Source of the DNA: Octopus vulgaris
Lineage: Eukaryota
NCBI GenBank assembly: GCA_951406725.2
Contig: OX597824.1
Coordinates: forward strand, 7,502,001-7,566,000
Direction: 5' to 3'
DNA length: 64,000 bases
Shown here: positions 63,600 through 64,000 of the stretch, piece by piece
How the letters are laid out: the number at the start of each line of letters is the position of its first letter
Position numbering within the stretch: the stretch's first letter is position 1
Position numbers and translations under genes: made by a program
The notes under the pieces: model-generated
What the model saw: only the letters and a program-made list of their open reading frames with translations
Database searches by the model: none
Told to the model about the DNA's origin: nothing

Positions 63600-64000
63600 A
63601 GCGTAAATTGTATTTTTTTGGTAAATAAATTTTCTTTATTTAACGTTCTTGTACAGTTGTTTCTTTGCACTAGTAGATGGGAAAAAATGAAGTTTGGTTG
63701 GATATCACCTGCACATCTCTTTATGTGTTCACTCAAAGGAATCTGTCTCTACTGTAGTAAACGGATCTATTCCTTATGTAGTGTCGTTCTCCGTCAGTGT
63801 GCCATACTTGTCTGTCCTATATAGTTATATCCACAACCCGAACAAATTAAAACATAAATTAAATTCTCGGAAGCACATGTGAAGTTGGTTTTAATTGTGA
63901 GCCTCTCTCCTTGTTTGAATAGGAAATCCGAGCCTTCTTGTAGGTTAGGTTATGTTCCACAGTTTCGACGTCCACACTTTTTAACCATTTGCTTCGTGAT
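63600..64000 (-). mobile_element. Penelope-like GIY-YIG endonuclease fragment
   Basis: KCGRRNCGT...FTCASENLIYVLICSGCGYNYIGQT...LSEHIKRC, with stops. Confidence 0.85.

Overview
Eukaryotic, repeat-rich genomic DNA, most likely from an octopus (coleoid cephalopod); this is inferred from the SINE families, the Dong/R4 and Penelope relics and the dense microsatellites. The backbone is two tandem, + strand, 10-exon SLC22/organic-ion-transporter-like (MFS) genes: gene A CDS 6886-34353 (566 aa) and gene B CDS 38834-62005 (548 aa). Both splice into uninterrupted frames with GT-AG introns, and coding exons 1-9 are identical in length. Introns and flanks are filled with transposon debris: a full-length hATm with TIRs, a Charlie/GTF2IRD2-type hAT carrying nested insertions, Tc1/mariner pieces, a Helitron helicase relic, five non-autonomous Helitrons, CR1/L2-group, RTE and R4/Dong LINEs, Penelope-like RT and GIY-YIG fragments, and at least four tRNA-derived SINE families. 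Three points stand out. (1) Both transporters lack the canonical charged selectivity residues in TM10 and TM11. (2) Several minimal hammerhead-ribozyme motifs occur, one with an intact core in the predicted 3' UTR of gene B. (3) A SINE and a LINE share a 3' tail whose stem-loop co-varies. Most entries in the supplied ORF track are microsatellite or SINE artefacts. Everything here was read by eye; family names are motif-based.
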